Below, piece after piece: positions 28,519 through 39,996 of a DNA stretch of 64,000 nucleotides (position 1 is its first letter; the number at the start of each line of letters is the position of its first letter). Made by a program: the position numbers and the translations under genes. Source of the DNA: Prevotella sp. (GTDB lineage Bacteria; Bacteroidota; Bacteroidia; Bacteroidales; Dysgonomonadaceae); assembly GCA_031285625.1 (NCBI GenBank), contig JAITVV010000011.1, positions 21,644 through 85,643 of the forward strand, given 5' to 3'. The notes beneath the pieces were generated by a model. It was not told the origin of the DNA. It did not search any database and saw only the letters and a list, made by a program, of their open reading frames with translations.

Positions 28519-30612
28519 ATGAAATACAAATCAATTATGGTATTAATTTTTGGTGCGGCATTAGTATCCTGTAACTCAACTAAAAAAGAGAATACGGAAC
28601 CGGAAGCACCTATTATTGGTAAATCAAACGTCAAGGTGGAGAATAGTATAATGACACCCGAGATCCTGTACAGTTTTGGACGAGTATCAGATCTTCAGGT
28701 ATCTCCGGATAAATCTAAGATATTGTATGGAGTAACATATATTAGTATTGATCAGAATAAGACTAATCGTGAGTTATTTACGATGAACGTAGATGGTTCT
28801 GAGAAAAAACAGATAACTCAAACACCCAAAAGTGAGAATAATGCAATATGGGTAAAGGGCGGAGCTAAAATAGCATTTCTGTCAGGAGAAAGCGGCTCGT
28901 CCCAAATATGGGAAATGAATGCCGATGGTACTGAACGTATGCAAATCAGTAATATTGAAGGAGACATTAACGGCTTCTCATATTCGCCTGACGGAAACAA
29001 GATAATGTACATCAAAAACATAAAGTTCGGAGAACGTACCAGTGATCGTTATAGTGACTTGCCTAAAGCTTCAGGCCGTATTATAGATGACCTGATGTAT
29101 AAGCACTGGTCTGAATGGGTAGAAGAAATACCTCATACCTTCATTGCAGACTTTGATGGCACTAAAATATCTGAGGGAATAGATATCCTTGGTGATGAGC
29201 CATACGAATGCCCAATGCTTCCTTTTGGAGGGGTTGAACAATTAGCTTGGAGCCCCGACAGTAAAACAGTTGCTTATACCTGCCGTAAGAAAAAAGGTTT
29301 AGAATACGCCCTATCTACTAACTCTGATATTTATCTATATAATATAGAGACCAAGCAAACATCTAACCTGACAGAAGGAATGATGGGCTATGATACCAAT
29401 CCTGTCTTTTCACCTGATGGAAAATACATAGCATGGCAAAGTATGGAGCGTGATGGTTATGAGTCTGATAAGAACAGAATGTTTGTAATGAATCTTGCTA
29501 CCAATGAAAAGATGTATGTAACTGAAAATTTTGATTACAACACTGACTACTTGGCTTGGAATGAAGATAATCAAAGTATCTACTTCGTTTCGTGCGTAGA
29601 AGCGAAAACTCATTTGTTTCAAGTATATATACATACTAAAGAAATTAAACAAATCACCAAAGGCGATTATGATTATGAATCATTTGGCATAGCAGGTGAT
29701 AAGCTGTTAGCCCTTCGTCACTCGATGTCGAAACCAAATGAAATTTATTCTGTTAATATAGTATCCGGAGAAGCTACAGAGCTAAGTTTTGAAAATAAGG
29801 AAATTCTAGACCAGCTTACAATGGGTAAAGTTGAAGAGCGTTGGATCCCAACTACTGATGGTAAAAAGATGCTGACATGGGTTGTGTATCCACCAAACTT
29901 TGACCCGAATAAGAAATACCCTACCCTACTCTATTGCCAGGGTGGTCCACAAAGTACAGTGAGCCAGTTTTGGTCGTATCGTTGGAATCTACAGATGATG
30001 GCTGCGAACGGTTACATAATTGTTGCTCCTAACCGCAGAGGCTTACCGGGTTTTGGTCAAGAGTGGCTGGAACAGATCAGCAAAGATTATGGTGGTCAAA
30101 ATATGAAGGATTACTTATCGGCCATCGATACTATGTCTAAAGAACCTTTTGTCAATACCGACAAATTAGGTTGTACAGGAGCTAGTTATGGTGGTTTTTC
30201 AGTGTATTGGCTAGCTGGTAATCATAACAAACGCTTCAAAGCATTTCTCGCCCATGCAGGTATATTCAATCTGGAAGCTCAATATCTGGAAACGGAAGAG
30301 ATGTGGTTTGCAAACTGGGATTTAGGCGGATCGTTCTGGGACAGGAGTAACACTATAGCTCAACGTTCTTATGCTAACTCGCCTCACAAGTTTGTCGATA
30401 AATGGGATACTCCTATAATGATAACACATGGAGAACGGGATTACCGTATCCTCGCATCACAAGGGATGATGGCTTTCAATGCTGCCAAATTGAGAGGTAT
30501 TCCAGCCCGTATGCTCATTTATCCGAACGAAAACCACTGGATAGCGCAACCTCAGAACGGAATACTATTCCAAAGAGAGTTCTTCCGCTGGTTTGATACA
30601 TATTTAAAATAA
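28519..30612 (+). CDS. S9 family serine peptidase (dipeptidyl-peptidase 5-like) lipoprotein
   Basis: Lipobox LVSC; beta-propeller SPDG repeats; QGGPQ, GASYGG, D..., ENHW triad. Confidence 0.9.
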   Translation: MKYKSIMVLIFGAALVSCNSTKKENTEPEAPIIGKSNVKVENSIMTPEILYSFGRVSDLQVSPDKSKILYGVTYISIDQNKTNRELFTMNVDGSEKKQITQTPKSENNAIWVKGGAKIAFLSGESGSSQIWEMNADGTERMQISNIEGDINGFSYSPDGNKIMYIKNIKFGERTSDRYSDLPKASGRIIDDLMYKHWSEWVEEIPHTFIADFDGTKISEGIDILGDEPYECPMLPFGGVEQLAWSPDSKTVAYTCRKKKGLEYALSTNSDIYLYNIETKQTSNLTEGMMGYDTNPVFSPDGKYIAWQSMERDGYESDKNRMFVMNLATNEKMYVTENFDYNTDYLAWNEDNQSIYFVSCVEAKTHLFQVYIHTKEIKQITKGDYDYESFGIAGDKLLALRHSMSKPNEIYSVNIVSGEATELSFENKEILDQLTMGKVEERWIPTTDGKKMLTWVVYPPNFDPNKKYPTLLYCQGGPQSTVSQFWSYRWNLQMMAANGYIIVAPNRRGLPGFGQEWLEQISKDYGGQNMKDYLSAIDTMSKEPFVNTDKLGCTGASYGGFSVYWLAGNHNKRFKAFLAHAGIFNLEAQYLETEEMWFANWDLGGSFWDRSNTIAQRSYANSPHKFVDKWDTPIMITHGERDYRILASQGMMAFNAAKLRGIPARMLIYPNENHWIAQPQNGILFQREFFRWFDTYLK

Positions 30613-30627
30613 GAAACTATCAGATAC

Positions 30628-30658
30628 AAAAAGGATTGTCTATTGGACAATCCTTTTT
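30628..30658. terminator. Bidirectional intrinsic terminator (a second hairpin lies at 30677-30703)
   Basis: aaaaaggattgtc-tattg-gacaatccttttt. Confidence 0.85.
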
Positions 30659-30739
30659 CATTTTTATATAGACAGAGAGGTCGCCCTGAAACAAGGCGAC
30701 CTCAAAAATAATACTAATAATAACCAGAATCCCTAGCGC

Positions 30740-31576
30740 TTATTTCTTAGGTACAAACACCCAGAAGTAACAGTCGCCCCATGCTTTTGTACCTGCCGGA
30801 GAGTAAGCTAAAATAAGTTCATCTTCTGTAAGTTTGATAATATCATATGTGCTTACCATTTCTATAGGATCTGAGTTTAAGAAATATGGACAAAGAACTG
30901 TTGTCCCTATCGTATTCAGTTCCCCTTTAGCCCATACTGTCTTCTCATCTTCCATTAGCTTAATTTTGGTCATATCTAAAGTAAAACGTCCGGTTTCCTC
31001 TGTTCCATTATTCCTTAGTTTAGTTAAGGCAGCCTTCTTTATAGAAAACACCAAGCTAGCTCCTATCGTTTCTCCTGGAGCGTCTTGCTCCCCTCTTTCG
31101 GATCCCGGTTGCCACCACCAACCAGGTTCTACAGTACCCAGATAGCCGGCCAGTCCCCAACTTAGGTCAGATTTCCAAGTCCATTCTTTTTCACCTTCAC
31201 CAAAAAGCATAGCATATTCCGGAGGAACGGAAAAAGACATTTCTTCAACATCAACAGTTAGAGTTTTAGTGATTTTAGTACCATCTGCATTAAGTCCAGT
31301 AAATTCTATTTCATTAAGTCCTTGTTTGAAAAGTAACACTGTATCGGTTTGTTTACTGCTAGATAAAACACCACACTCCCAATTAGATAAGACAGGGCTG
31401 TGATTAACAACTATCACTTTATTGGCTCTTTTTCCATCTACTGTTACTAATGTTGCAGAAACATCCAATTGGTCTACAGTTATTGCCCCACTAATAGTCT
31501 CTCTATCTACAACCGGATCACATGCCATAAATGTCATGACAGCTAACAGTATGAAATATATAATTGATTTATTCAT
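30740..31576 (-). CDS. PUL-associated surface lipoprotein (SusE/SGBP-like)
   Basis: Lipobox FMAC-DP; Trp-rich; downstream of susD. Confidence 0.7.
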   Translation of the reverse strand: MNKSIIYFILLAVMTFMACDPVVDRETISGAITVDQLDVSATLVTVDGKRANKVIVVNHSPVLSNWECGVLSSSKQTDTVLLFKQGLNEIEFTGLNADGTKITKTLTVDVEEMSFSVPPEYAMLFGEGEKEWTWKSDLSWGLAGYLGTVEPGWWWQPGSERGEQDAPGETIGASLVFSIKKAALTKLRNNGTEETGRFTLDMTKIKLMEDEKTVWAKGELNTIGTTVLCPYFLNSDPIEMVSTYDIIKLTEDELILAYSPAGTKAWGDCYFWVFVPKK

Positions 31577-31609
31577 AATCTTATAATTAAGTATTAACAT
31601 TATTAAATA

Positions 31610-33328
31610 TTACCATCCCGTAAATTCAGCCTCAGGTATTCCCCATCCTTTATTCTGAAGTAACACACCCTCAGATAAAGATATTTGAGTTTCGGGAATT
31701 GGCCAGAATCCGCCAGTCGCTTCATATCGAGCTTTATAACCGCCACCAAATGCTTTATTAACAGCATCAACATTTTTATTCTTGAATGATACACCTTCTT
31801 GTTTTGCTAGTAATGCCGGAGCATCTCCCCAACGCATAATATCAAACCAGCGCAAACCCTCAAAAGCTAATTCAAACCGACGTTCTCTCTTTATAGCATC
31901 AAGAGAATATGCGACAGCAGGTAAACCGACACGTGCACGTACCAAGTTCAAGTTTGCAGCATCTTGTTTTAATTCTGAATGCATTAATAATACATCAGCA
32001 AAGCGGATTAGTACTAAATCCTGAGTATTTGCTAACTGATAATCTCCACCCTGATAATTATCTTTCTGGACTGAATATGATATATCAAGTTTTCCCGTCT
32101 GCTTATTATAGGCCTTTATTGGCATATACTTTTTTTGCCAAAAGCCTGTTTCCTCCATCTGATTATCAGCACCCCATGAATAATCTGCTAATTCAGTAGT
32201 AATATCCAGAATAGAAGCTACGCGCCTTATATCATTAGGCTCAGCACTTCTCCAGTCGTTCCATAAGGTTGTATTTACAGTTCCAGCCCCCCATCCTACA
32301 CCATAAGGGAATGTGTTTACTTCTCCGTTAGGACCGCGAAGGCCAAAATGTAATGCAAGCTGATTAGACTGACCTATCGAATTTTCATTTCCCCAAGCTC
32401 CTTTGATTGAAAACTTTATAGCAAATACTGTCTCTTTATTACCGTCTCCTGCCCATAGCAAATTGTTATCTTTAGCATATTTGTAATCAGAATTAGTAAA
32501 TTCATTGCCATAAGGCCATAGATTCCGAAAATCTGAGATCAAACCATGTCCACTATTAGATATACAATCCTCGAGCCAACTTATTACTTGTGTTTTTGTA
32601 ACGCTTCCACCACTTTCACCGGCAACAGAGATAGCCTCTTTATTATAATAACCGGTATAGAATAAAAATACTCGTGCCATTAATGCTTCCGCAGCCCATT
32701 TTGTGGCATGTCCAGATTCCGCAGCAGTAGAAGGCCTGTTATACATCAGGTCAATAGCTTGAATCAAATCATAAGCAATTTGGGCATAGATTTCATCAGC
32801 AGATGCCTTTGGTAAATTTACAGGTTCTGTAGTGATTACTAAAGGCACTTCTCCAAACATCTGAGCCAATTCGAAATAGAACAATGCTCTCAAAAAATAT
32901 GCTTCACCCAAAAATTGTTTTTTCTGGTCATCAGTACACTCTATACACTTATCCATTCCTGTAATGGCCAAATTCGCGCGATAGATTCCCTGATAGCGAG
33001 CAGACCAGAAATTAGCAAAACGATCCGGTTTTGTATTCATTAAACGGTCAAGCCCCTGCATATCTTTATCATTTTCACCTCCGCCTCCAAATCGTTCATC
33101 TGAAGCTAGCTCTGCCATATAGAAATGGGTCTCTACCGGAAATTCAACAGCTTTTTGTAAAGTAGAATAAATACCTGTAAGCATTTGCTCTGCATCCTTT
33201 ACTGTGGTAGGAACGTTTCCACTATCTTTTTTTGTATAATTCTGAGAATCCAAAAAACTCTCACAACCCCAAAAAGATAATGTGGTGAATATAACCAATC
33301 CTGTATATATTATTTTTTTCATAATCAT
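31610..33328 (-). CDS. SusD/RagB family lipoprotein
   Basis: Lipobox WGC; GEAYFLRALFYF, IRFADVLLM, ERRFELAFEGLRWFD, WPIP. Confidence 0.93.
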   Translation of the reverse strand: MIMKKIIYTGLVIFTTLSFWGCESFLDSQNYTKKDSGNVPTTVKDAEQMLTGIYSTLQKAVEFPVETHFYMAELASDERFGGGGENDKDMQGLDRLMNTKPDRFANFWSARYQGIYRANLAITGMDKCIECTDDQKKQFLGEAYFLRALFYFELAQMFGEVPLVITTEPVNLPKASADEIYAQIAYDLIQAIDLMYNRPSTAAESGHATKWAAEALMARVFLFYTGYYNKEAISVAGESGGSVTKTQVISWLEDCISNSGHGLISDFRNLWPYGNEFTNSDYKYAKDNNLLWAGDGNKETVFAIKFSIKGAWGNENSIGQSNQLALHFGLRGPNGEVNTFPYGVGWGAGTVNTTLWNDWRSAEPNDIRRVASILDITTELADYSWGADNQMEETGFWQKKYMPIKAYNKQTGKLDISYSVQKDNYQGGDYQLANTQDLVLIRFADVLLMHSELKQDAANLNLVRARVGLPAVAYSLDAIKRERRFELAFEGLRWFDIMRWGDAPALLAKQEGVSFKNKNVDAVNKAFGGGYKARYEATGGFWPIPETQISLSEGVLLQNKGWGIPEAEFTGW

Positions 33329-33334
33329 AATTAA

Positions 33335-36300
33335 TTAAAATTTAAGATTAACACCTATAAGATAAGTTCTTGGAGTCGAATAAAATCCCAGATCTATACC
33401 TCTGGCCCAAGAAGCTGAATTACCATCAATCTCAGAACTATAGCCGACTTCCGGATCCTGTCCTTTATAACCGGTTATTGTAAACAGGTTTTGAGCAGTT
33501 AGGTATACCCTAGCTTGTCCCAATGGCATACGAGGAAATAGTCTTTTAAAATCATAGCCAAGAGTCAGATTCTGTAATTTTATATAGTCAGCATCTTCTA
33601 CATATAAATCTGATATATATTGTGTATTAGGATGGCTACCACTGATCAAACGAGGTATTCTATTTGATGTACCTTCACCATGCCATCTATCAAATATTTC
33701 TGTAGTATAATTATTATAAGGGCTATCTGCAAATGAACGGTAAGATCTGGCAATCTGATGGCCAAATGCACCATTTGCTGTGATCGATAAATCAAATCCT
33801 TTATAACCAAAATTCAAATTGATACCTAATATTACATCCGGATTTGGATCACCAATCATTGTTTTATCCTTATCTGTAATAAATCCATCACCATCGTTAT
33901 CCACAAAAATAACGTCTCCAGCTTGTGCACCAGATAGCTTAGCTTTTGTAGATGCTACTTGTTCTGCATTCTGGAATATACCAGCTGTTTTATATCCATA
34001 GAAATAGCCTATAGGAAAACCTTCTTCGAAGCGGGATATAAAATTTGTGGACTGACTCAATACATCAGTTGGGCCATTTATGTATCCAGCACCGTTATTT
34101 ACAGTTGTAACCTTATTTTTATTATAACTAAAGTTAATACCTGCACCATATGTGAAGTCTCCAATATTATCATTCCAAGTTAAGCCTAACTCCACTCCCT
34201 TATTTTCAACATCACCTGCATTTCTCCAAGGTGCATCTGCACCCCATGACGCCAATATTTGAGGAACAAATAATAAATCCTTATTTTTCTTTACATAATA
34301 ATCAAAAACAACTCCGAATCTGCCATTAAGGAATCTGGAATCAAAGCCTAAGTCGAGCTGCTCAGATGTTTCCCACTTCAAATCTGGATTTGGTATTAAA
34401 GTCGGGAATAATCCGATATTAGGATTCGATTTATCGTCACCGAAGAAATACTGGCTCTTATTATTAGATGAATAAGTAGCTAAATATTGTAAATTTGGTG
34501 TATTTGATATATTTGCATTCTGTCCCCAACTGCCCCTTAGTTTGAAAAAATCTAACCAACTACGAGTACCTTCCATAAAGGATTCGTTGGTCAATACCCA
34601 ACCCAAAGATACTGAAGGATAATAACCCCATCTGTTACCTCTGGCAAACTTAGAAGAACCATCAGCACGGAAAATTACTGTTGCCAGATATGTTTCTTTA
34701 AAGTTATAGTTTATACGCCCAAAGAATGAAGCTAACATTCCATCTTCCCATGGAGCGCCATTAATAGTTGATGATGCAGAAACTGGTTGAGTATTGTCTA
34801 TCCATGCATGATCCCAAGAACCTGGAAAGTTTGAATTTAAGTTACCAATGGATAAACCTTCTCCAAGCCCCCATTTTTCAGCTGATTGCCCAACAACAAC
34901 ATCGAAGTTATGCTCATTAGTTTTAAATGCATATGAAATAGTATTATCTAATGTCCAGCTACGCCCTGAACTTTGATTCTGATTTACGACGTCATTTGTA
35001 TTAACAGTACTGGAAGAAAGATTATATGCAGGAACATAAGAACGATAACTGTTAGCTTCCATCTTATAACCATAACTACTCCTGAATTTTAAATTCTTGA
35101 TAGGTTGTATTTCCAAATAAACGTTTGCAAATAGATTATGATTCTTACTTATATTCTGTCCACGTCTGTAAACCATGTCTGCAACAGGATTTACGGCTGT
35201 ATTATCAAATGTCCATTTATCACCGGTCTTACTTGGTTGGTCGTAATACCCGCCATTACTATTATATACCGGCATTAACGGATTTGCGATTAAAGCATTA
35301 TGAATATCATTCCAGTATATATCGCCAATACCGATACCTGATTTCTCAGAATATGTATATGTAATGTTTTCTCCAATCTTTATTGCATCAAAATCTTTTA
35401 TCTTTAGGACAACATGCTCTGAATTAACACGTAATGTATATCGTTCAAATTTAGGCTCAACTGGCTTACCATATATACCATCTTGTCTGGAATATGAAAA
35501 ACCACCTGAGAATCTGGACATCTCATTTCCTCCGGTCAAACCAATAGCATGATTGTGAGTTATAGCATTCTTATTACGTATTTCTTCTAACCAGTTCGTA
35601 CCGTTCCATGTACCATCCATTATTGATTGATATTGATTTGGAATAAGGGTAGCAAAGTCATATGGCGCTTTTCCTTCATTAAACATTCTCTCATTTTGCA
35701 TTTGCATATATTCTTTAGCATTCAGCAAAGAGGGTTCTCTATATGGATTCTGCCAACCAAAATATCCGTCATAAGTTAATTGCATTTTTCCGGCTTTCCC
35801 TTGCTTGGTAGTAATTAAGATCACACCATTAGCAGCACGGGCACCATATATTGCAGCTGAAGCAGCATCTTTTAAGACGTCAATAGATTCAATATCCGAA
35901 GGATTTATATTATTTATATTACCTCCAGCAACACCATCAATTACATAAAGGGGTTGATATCCACCATTTGTACCAAGACCACGTATTACAACACGAAAAT
36001 CTTCGCCCGGCATACCCGAGCTCTGTGTGATATTCATTCCAGGAGCCATCGTTTTCAATGCATCTAAAGCATTAGTCGTACTCATTTTAGACAAATCATC
36101 ACCTTTAACTTGCACTGTTGCACCTGTTATCAATTTTTTCTTTTGCACCCCATAACCAACCACCACCACTTCTTCGAGAAAAGCATCCTTACTTTTCATT
36201 ACTATTGAGATATCAGTTTTATTATTAACTGCAATCTCCTGTGTATCAAAACCAACATAAGTAAAAACAAGAACAGTGTTATTGTTAGGAATAGATAGTG

Positions 36301-36550
36301 AATACCGACCGTCCATGTCAGTCATTGTACCGGTAGTAGTACCTTTTATACTTACACTTACTCCAATTAGTGGATCTCCAAGATCATCAGTAACTGTACC
36401 AGAAATAGTCCTTTCTTGCTTTACACCATTATTTTCATAATTTTCGGCAAAAGCACAAGGTACACTTATCAATAAAAATAAGATCATCAATGTTGTAAAT
36501 CGACTAATCTTTTTCTTCGATTTTTCATGTAAAACTTGTATGTTCTTCAT
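33335..36550 (-). CDS. SusC/RagA TonB-dependent transporter
   Basis: VLKDAASAAIYGARAANGVILITTK, LKWETSEQ, C-terminal F. Confidence 0.95.
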   Translation of the reverse strand: MKNIQVLHEKSKKKISRFTTLMILFLLISVPCAFAENYENNGVKQERTISGTVTDDLGDPLIGVSVSIKGTTTGTMTDMDGRYSLSIPNNNTVLVFTYVGFDTQEIAVNNKTDISIVMKSKDAFLEEVVVVGYGVQKKKLITGATVQVKGDDLSKMSTTNALDALKTMAPGMNITQSSGMPGEDFRVVIRGLGTNGGYQPLYVIDGVAGGNINNINPSDIESIDVLKDAASAAIYGARAANGVILITTKQGKAGKMQLTYDGYFGWQNPYREPSLLNAKEYMQMQNERMFNEGKAPYDFATLIPNQYQSIMDGTWNGTNWLEEIRNKNAITHNHAIGLTGGNEMSRFSGGFSYSRQDGIYGKPVEPKFERYTLRVNSEHVVLKIKDFDAIKIGENITYTYSEKSGIGIGDIYWNDIHNALIANPLMPVYNSNGGYYDQPSKTGDKWTFDNTAVNPVADMVYRRGQNISKNHNLFANVYLEIQPIKNLKFRSSYGYKMEANSYRSYVPAYNLSSSTVNTNDVVNQNQSSGRSWTLDNTISYAFKTNEHNFDVVVGQSAEKWGLGEGLSIGNLNSNFPGSWDHAWIDNTQPVSASSTINGAPWEDGMLASFFGRINYNFKETYLATVIFRADGSSKFARGNRWGYYPSVSLGWVLTNESFMEGTRSWLDFFKLRGSWGQNANISNTPNLQYLATYSSNNKSQYFFGDDKSNPNIGLFPTLIPNPDLKWETSEQLDLGFDSRFLNGRFGVVFDYYVKKNKDLLFVPQILASWGADAPWRNAGDVENKGVELGLTWNDNIGDFTYGAGINFSYNKNKVTTVNNGAGYINGPTDVLSQSTNFISRFEEGFPIGYFYGYKTAGIFQNAEQVASTKAKLSGAQAGDVIFVDNDGDGFITDKDKTMIGDPNPDVILGINLNFGYKGFDLSITANGAFGHQIARSYRSFADSPYNNYTTEIFDRWHGEGTSNRIPRLISGSHPNTQYISDLYVEDADYIKLQNLTLGYDFKRLFPRMPLGQARVYLTAQNLFTITGYKGQDPEVGYSSEIDGNSASWARGIDLGFYSTPRTYLIGVNLKF

Positions 36551-36789
36551 ATAACTATTATTTGTTTGTGAAACTTCGCATTTCCATTAGGTATTAGAAA
36601 ATACTTTAAATAATTTACTTAGGGATCTGTGATAAAAACAATCAAGTTATCTAATTTACAAAAGAATACACTCAATAATTAATACAAAAAGCCTATCTCC
36701 AATAACTATATATTATTAGGAATAAGCAATAGAAAATTGAGACAAAATATATTTTGATATTTGCCTTTTATACTTGTTTGTGAATGTAT

Positions 36790-36858
<69 letters not shown>

Positions 36859-37621
36859 ATAAAATACACTTAACCACCAAATTATCAAGCGAAAAAATGG
36901 CAGACATATATGTTATATTTTGCTGTTTATTTGACATATTAATATGATCTTATCATCAATTTAATAATTTAGTTTCTGTAGTAAATGTGATTTGCGATCT
37001 TTTGTATTAGACTTACTGAATTTACGTTGTATTATTTGTACTATTCATTCATAAGCTCTCAGAATTTTGGTTAAACAATATTACTATTTGGTAGTATTAA
37101 TATTAAAAATGTATCATTAAGCTAACACTTCTTTTTCCAGAATCAATGATTTTGCTTATAACACATATAAACAAATCTATTCTTTCAAAATGACAGAAAA
37201 GAAGTAAAATAATTGCATATATATTGATCAGTCATAGCTTCAATCACAAGTTAAACATAGTTTGATCCAAAATAGTTCACATTTTTTAATAAATCGATTA
37301 AAAAATGTTTATACAAACATACACTTTTATTTTAAATGCAAACAGTATTTTAATATAAAAAAGAGCAGATATGCTAAAAAAGCATCATTTTTAACATTAA
37401 GTTTGTATCAGTTATTAAAATAGAAATTACAGCATATGGAATAATTACCTAAAAATAAGAAAATTATCACATATAAGATAAAATTAACAAAATCCACACA
37501 TATGTTAAATAACATATGATCAGTAAATTTCTTACATTAAAAAAAATAATCTTTATCTCATCCAAGATTCGTATTAACAGAATTTTAAGAGTAACTTTGC
37601 GATTATAGAAATTTGCAAACA

Positions 37622-39295
37622 ATGAAACATACCAGAACATATTGTATTACAATTATATCTATTATATGCCTGGCCTGCAATACAAAACACAATACTGCAG
37701 ATCAATATCTAAAAGAAGCGGAGCAAATAGTAGAGATAAATCCTGATAGCACTTTATCTTTATTGGATTCTATTCTCATACCAGAAAATCTAAAAGGCAA
37801 AAGATATTATGACTTTTTGCTTCTGCAGGTGAAGGCAAAAGATAAATCAAACAAAAACATATCTGAAGATACTACCATCTTTGATGTAAAAAACTATTAT
37901 ATAAAAAATAATGACTTGGATAAAGCTACAATGGCTAGCTTTTACTCCGGCCGAGTATTAGAAGTTCAGAAAAAACATAAAGAAGCAATGGCTGCTTATA
38001 TAGAGGCCGAATCATACGCAGACAAAACAACTGAGAATTACAACTTAAAAGGTTTGATTCAATCTTATATTGGATATTTATATTATGACCAATTATTACA
38101 GGATGAAGCTCTTGTGAGATTTAAAAAAGCTGCTGATTATTTTCAACAAGCCGAAAACTATAGAAATGAAGCCTATACATTCAGAGACATAGGGAGCAGT
38201 TTTTTACTCAAAAAGGAAACAGATAGTGCATATTATTACTACCAGAAAGGAATAGAGATAGCTAATACAGCCAATGACTCTGTATGCCAATCTAGTATAA
38301 GACAAAATATAGGGCTAATATTCAGGAAACAAGGAAATTATAAGAAATCGAAGGAATATCTTGCACAAGCGATTCCTTTTGCAACTAATAATATAACCAG
38401 AGCAAAGATATATTCAAATATAGCTCAAGTTCTCTACACAGAAAATAAAACTGACTCGGCTGTATTATATTTTCAAAAATCGCTAGTATTATTAGACAAT
38501 AGTGACGATTCTTTTTTAAAAGCTAAAATATACGAATTCCTATCAAATATAGAAGCTGCGAGAGGAAACCATAAAATATCATTAGATCATAATAAAAATC
38601 GCATTGAAAATTTAAAAAATATCTTTGATAAAAACGAAAGTCAAACAATTCTAAATATACAAAAGAAGTATAATTACGAATTAGTAAAAAACACAAATAA
38701 TAAACTATTAATTCAACGGCAATTTTTATTCATTGTATTATTGGCTTTGGGGCTGGCCATAGTTGTAATTATATTTTTATATCGTCAAAAAAGCCTAAAG
38801 AAAGAGCGAGATTTATTTGAAGCAGAGCAAAAAATAAGCCAACTAAGCCAAATGGCAAAGAGTTATGATAAAAAAGAAGATTCTTTCAGGAGTAAGTTAC
38901 TACATCATTTTGATATATTAAAAAAATCCGCTTTACTGGAAGGATTCCTTAGAGAGGATGAAAAAAAACATGGACAAAAATTATTAAAGAAATTCAACGA
39001 GATTGTATATAATCAGGCATCTTTAGATTGGAATCTCCTATATCAAACAATGAATGAATTGCATAATGGATTTTTCGATTCTCTTCGGGAAACTTTTCCA
39101 CAATTAGATGAATCTGAATTCAAGATATGTTGTCTCATCTATTCTGATTTTACAAATGCAGAGATTGCTATAATTATAGGACAAAGTATTAATACAATTA
39201 CAGCAAAACGATCTTCAATCAGGAAGAAAATAGGAGTAAAAGACTATGGAAATATTGTCGATTATCTCAATAATAATGTAAAAAAGAAAAAATAA
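37622..39295 (+). CDS. Membrane-spanning TPR sensor with C-terminal LuxR/GerE-like HTH
   Basis: Lipobox-like CLAC; TPR helices; TM FLFIVLLALGLAIVVIIFLY; LDESEFKICCL...EIAIIIG..NTITAKRSSIRKK; TAACTTTG promoter at 37592-37599. Confidence 0.8.
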   Translation: MKHTRTYCITIISIICLACNTKHNTADQYLKEAEQIVEINPDSTLSLLDSILIPENLKGKRYYDFLLLQVKAKDKSNKNISEDTTIFDVKNYYIKNNDLDKATMASFYSGRVLEVQKKHKEAMAAYIEAESYADKTTENYNLKGLIQSYIGYLYYDQLLQDEALVRFKKAADYFQQAENYRNEAYTFRDIGSSFLLKKETDSAYYYYQKGIEIANTANDSVCQSSIRQNIGLIFRKQGNYKKSKEYLAQAIPFATNNITRAKIYSNIAQVLYTENKTDSAVLYFQKSLVLLDNSDDSFLKAKIYEFLSNIEAARGNHKISLDHNKNRIENLKNIFDKNESQTILNIQKKYNYELVKNTNNKLLIQRQFLFIVLLALGLAIVVIIFLYRQKSLKKERDLFEAEQKISQLSQMAKSYDKKEDSFRSKLLHHFDILKKSALLEGFLREDEKKHGQKLLKKFNEIVYNQASLDWNLLYQTMNELHNGFFDSLRETFPQLDESEFKICCLIYSDFTNAEIAIIIGQSINTITAKRSSIRKKIGVKDYGNIVDYLNNNVKKKK

Positions 39296-39462
39296 AAGTC
39301 ATATTTTGAGCTCACAACAAACATAGTAAATACTTAATAAATAAATATTTACATAAAATTTAAAGTAAAAAAAAGTCATATCACCTCTTCTGACATCAAC
39401 AACCATCATATATCCTGTTTAATTTTATAGTGTGGAACACTAAAATTAAACAAGGGCATATT

Positions 39463-39840
39463 ATGAAAAAGTCAATTTATTTTTTTACAGCTATTCTTTT
39501 AATGGTTTCTTTATCAATCAGTGCTGGTATAAAGAACGACGATCACAAAATAGATATAATGGGAGATATATCTAGTGAGGACAGAACAAAATCTTACATT
39601 GAAAATCCGATAGAAATATTTAAAACATCTTCATCGATAGATGTATATTTCTATGTTAACACGAATTTCAAAATAGATGTATACACTAACACCGGAGCAT
39701 TACTTTATACCAAAACTGTAAACAGGTATGGAGGGCAAATATTAAATATAAACACGAAAGGCTGGAGTGCAGGTAAATATAAAATAGTTATAACTAATAT
39801 AACTGATAATAAAACAGCCTACGGACAATTTAATATATAG
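39463..39840 (+). CDS. DUF3244-like small secreted Ig-fold protein
   Basis: Signal peptide; INTKGWSAGKYKIVI..AYGQF C-terminus; follows the TPR regulator. Confidence 0.65.
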   Translation: MKKSIYFFTAILLMVSLSISAGIKNDDHKIDIMGDISSEDRTKSYIENPIEIFKTSSSIDVYFYVNTNFKIDVYTNTGALLYTKTVNRYGGQILNINTKGWSAGKYKIVITNITDNKTAYGQFNI

Positions 39841-39965
39841 AATATAAAGTAGTTTTTCTGATTTTCATACCGTAGTGCTGGTACTTACTTTGCTTTTCAA
39901 CACTTCTTATTTACAACCATGCACTACGGTTATTTTTGAGGAAGGAAATAAAGAATATTGTATTC

Positions 39966-39993
39966 AGTCTGGCATATCAATGCCAGACTTTTT
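39966..39993 (+). terminator. Intrinsic terminator
   Basis: agtctggcat-atca-atgccagact-tttt. Confidence 0.8.
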
Positions 39994-39996
39994 ATT

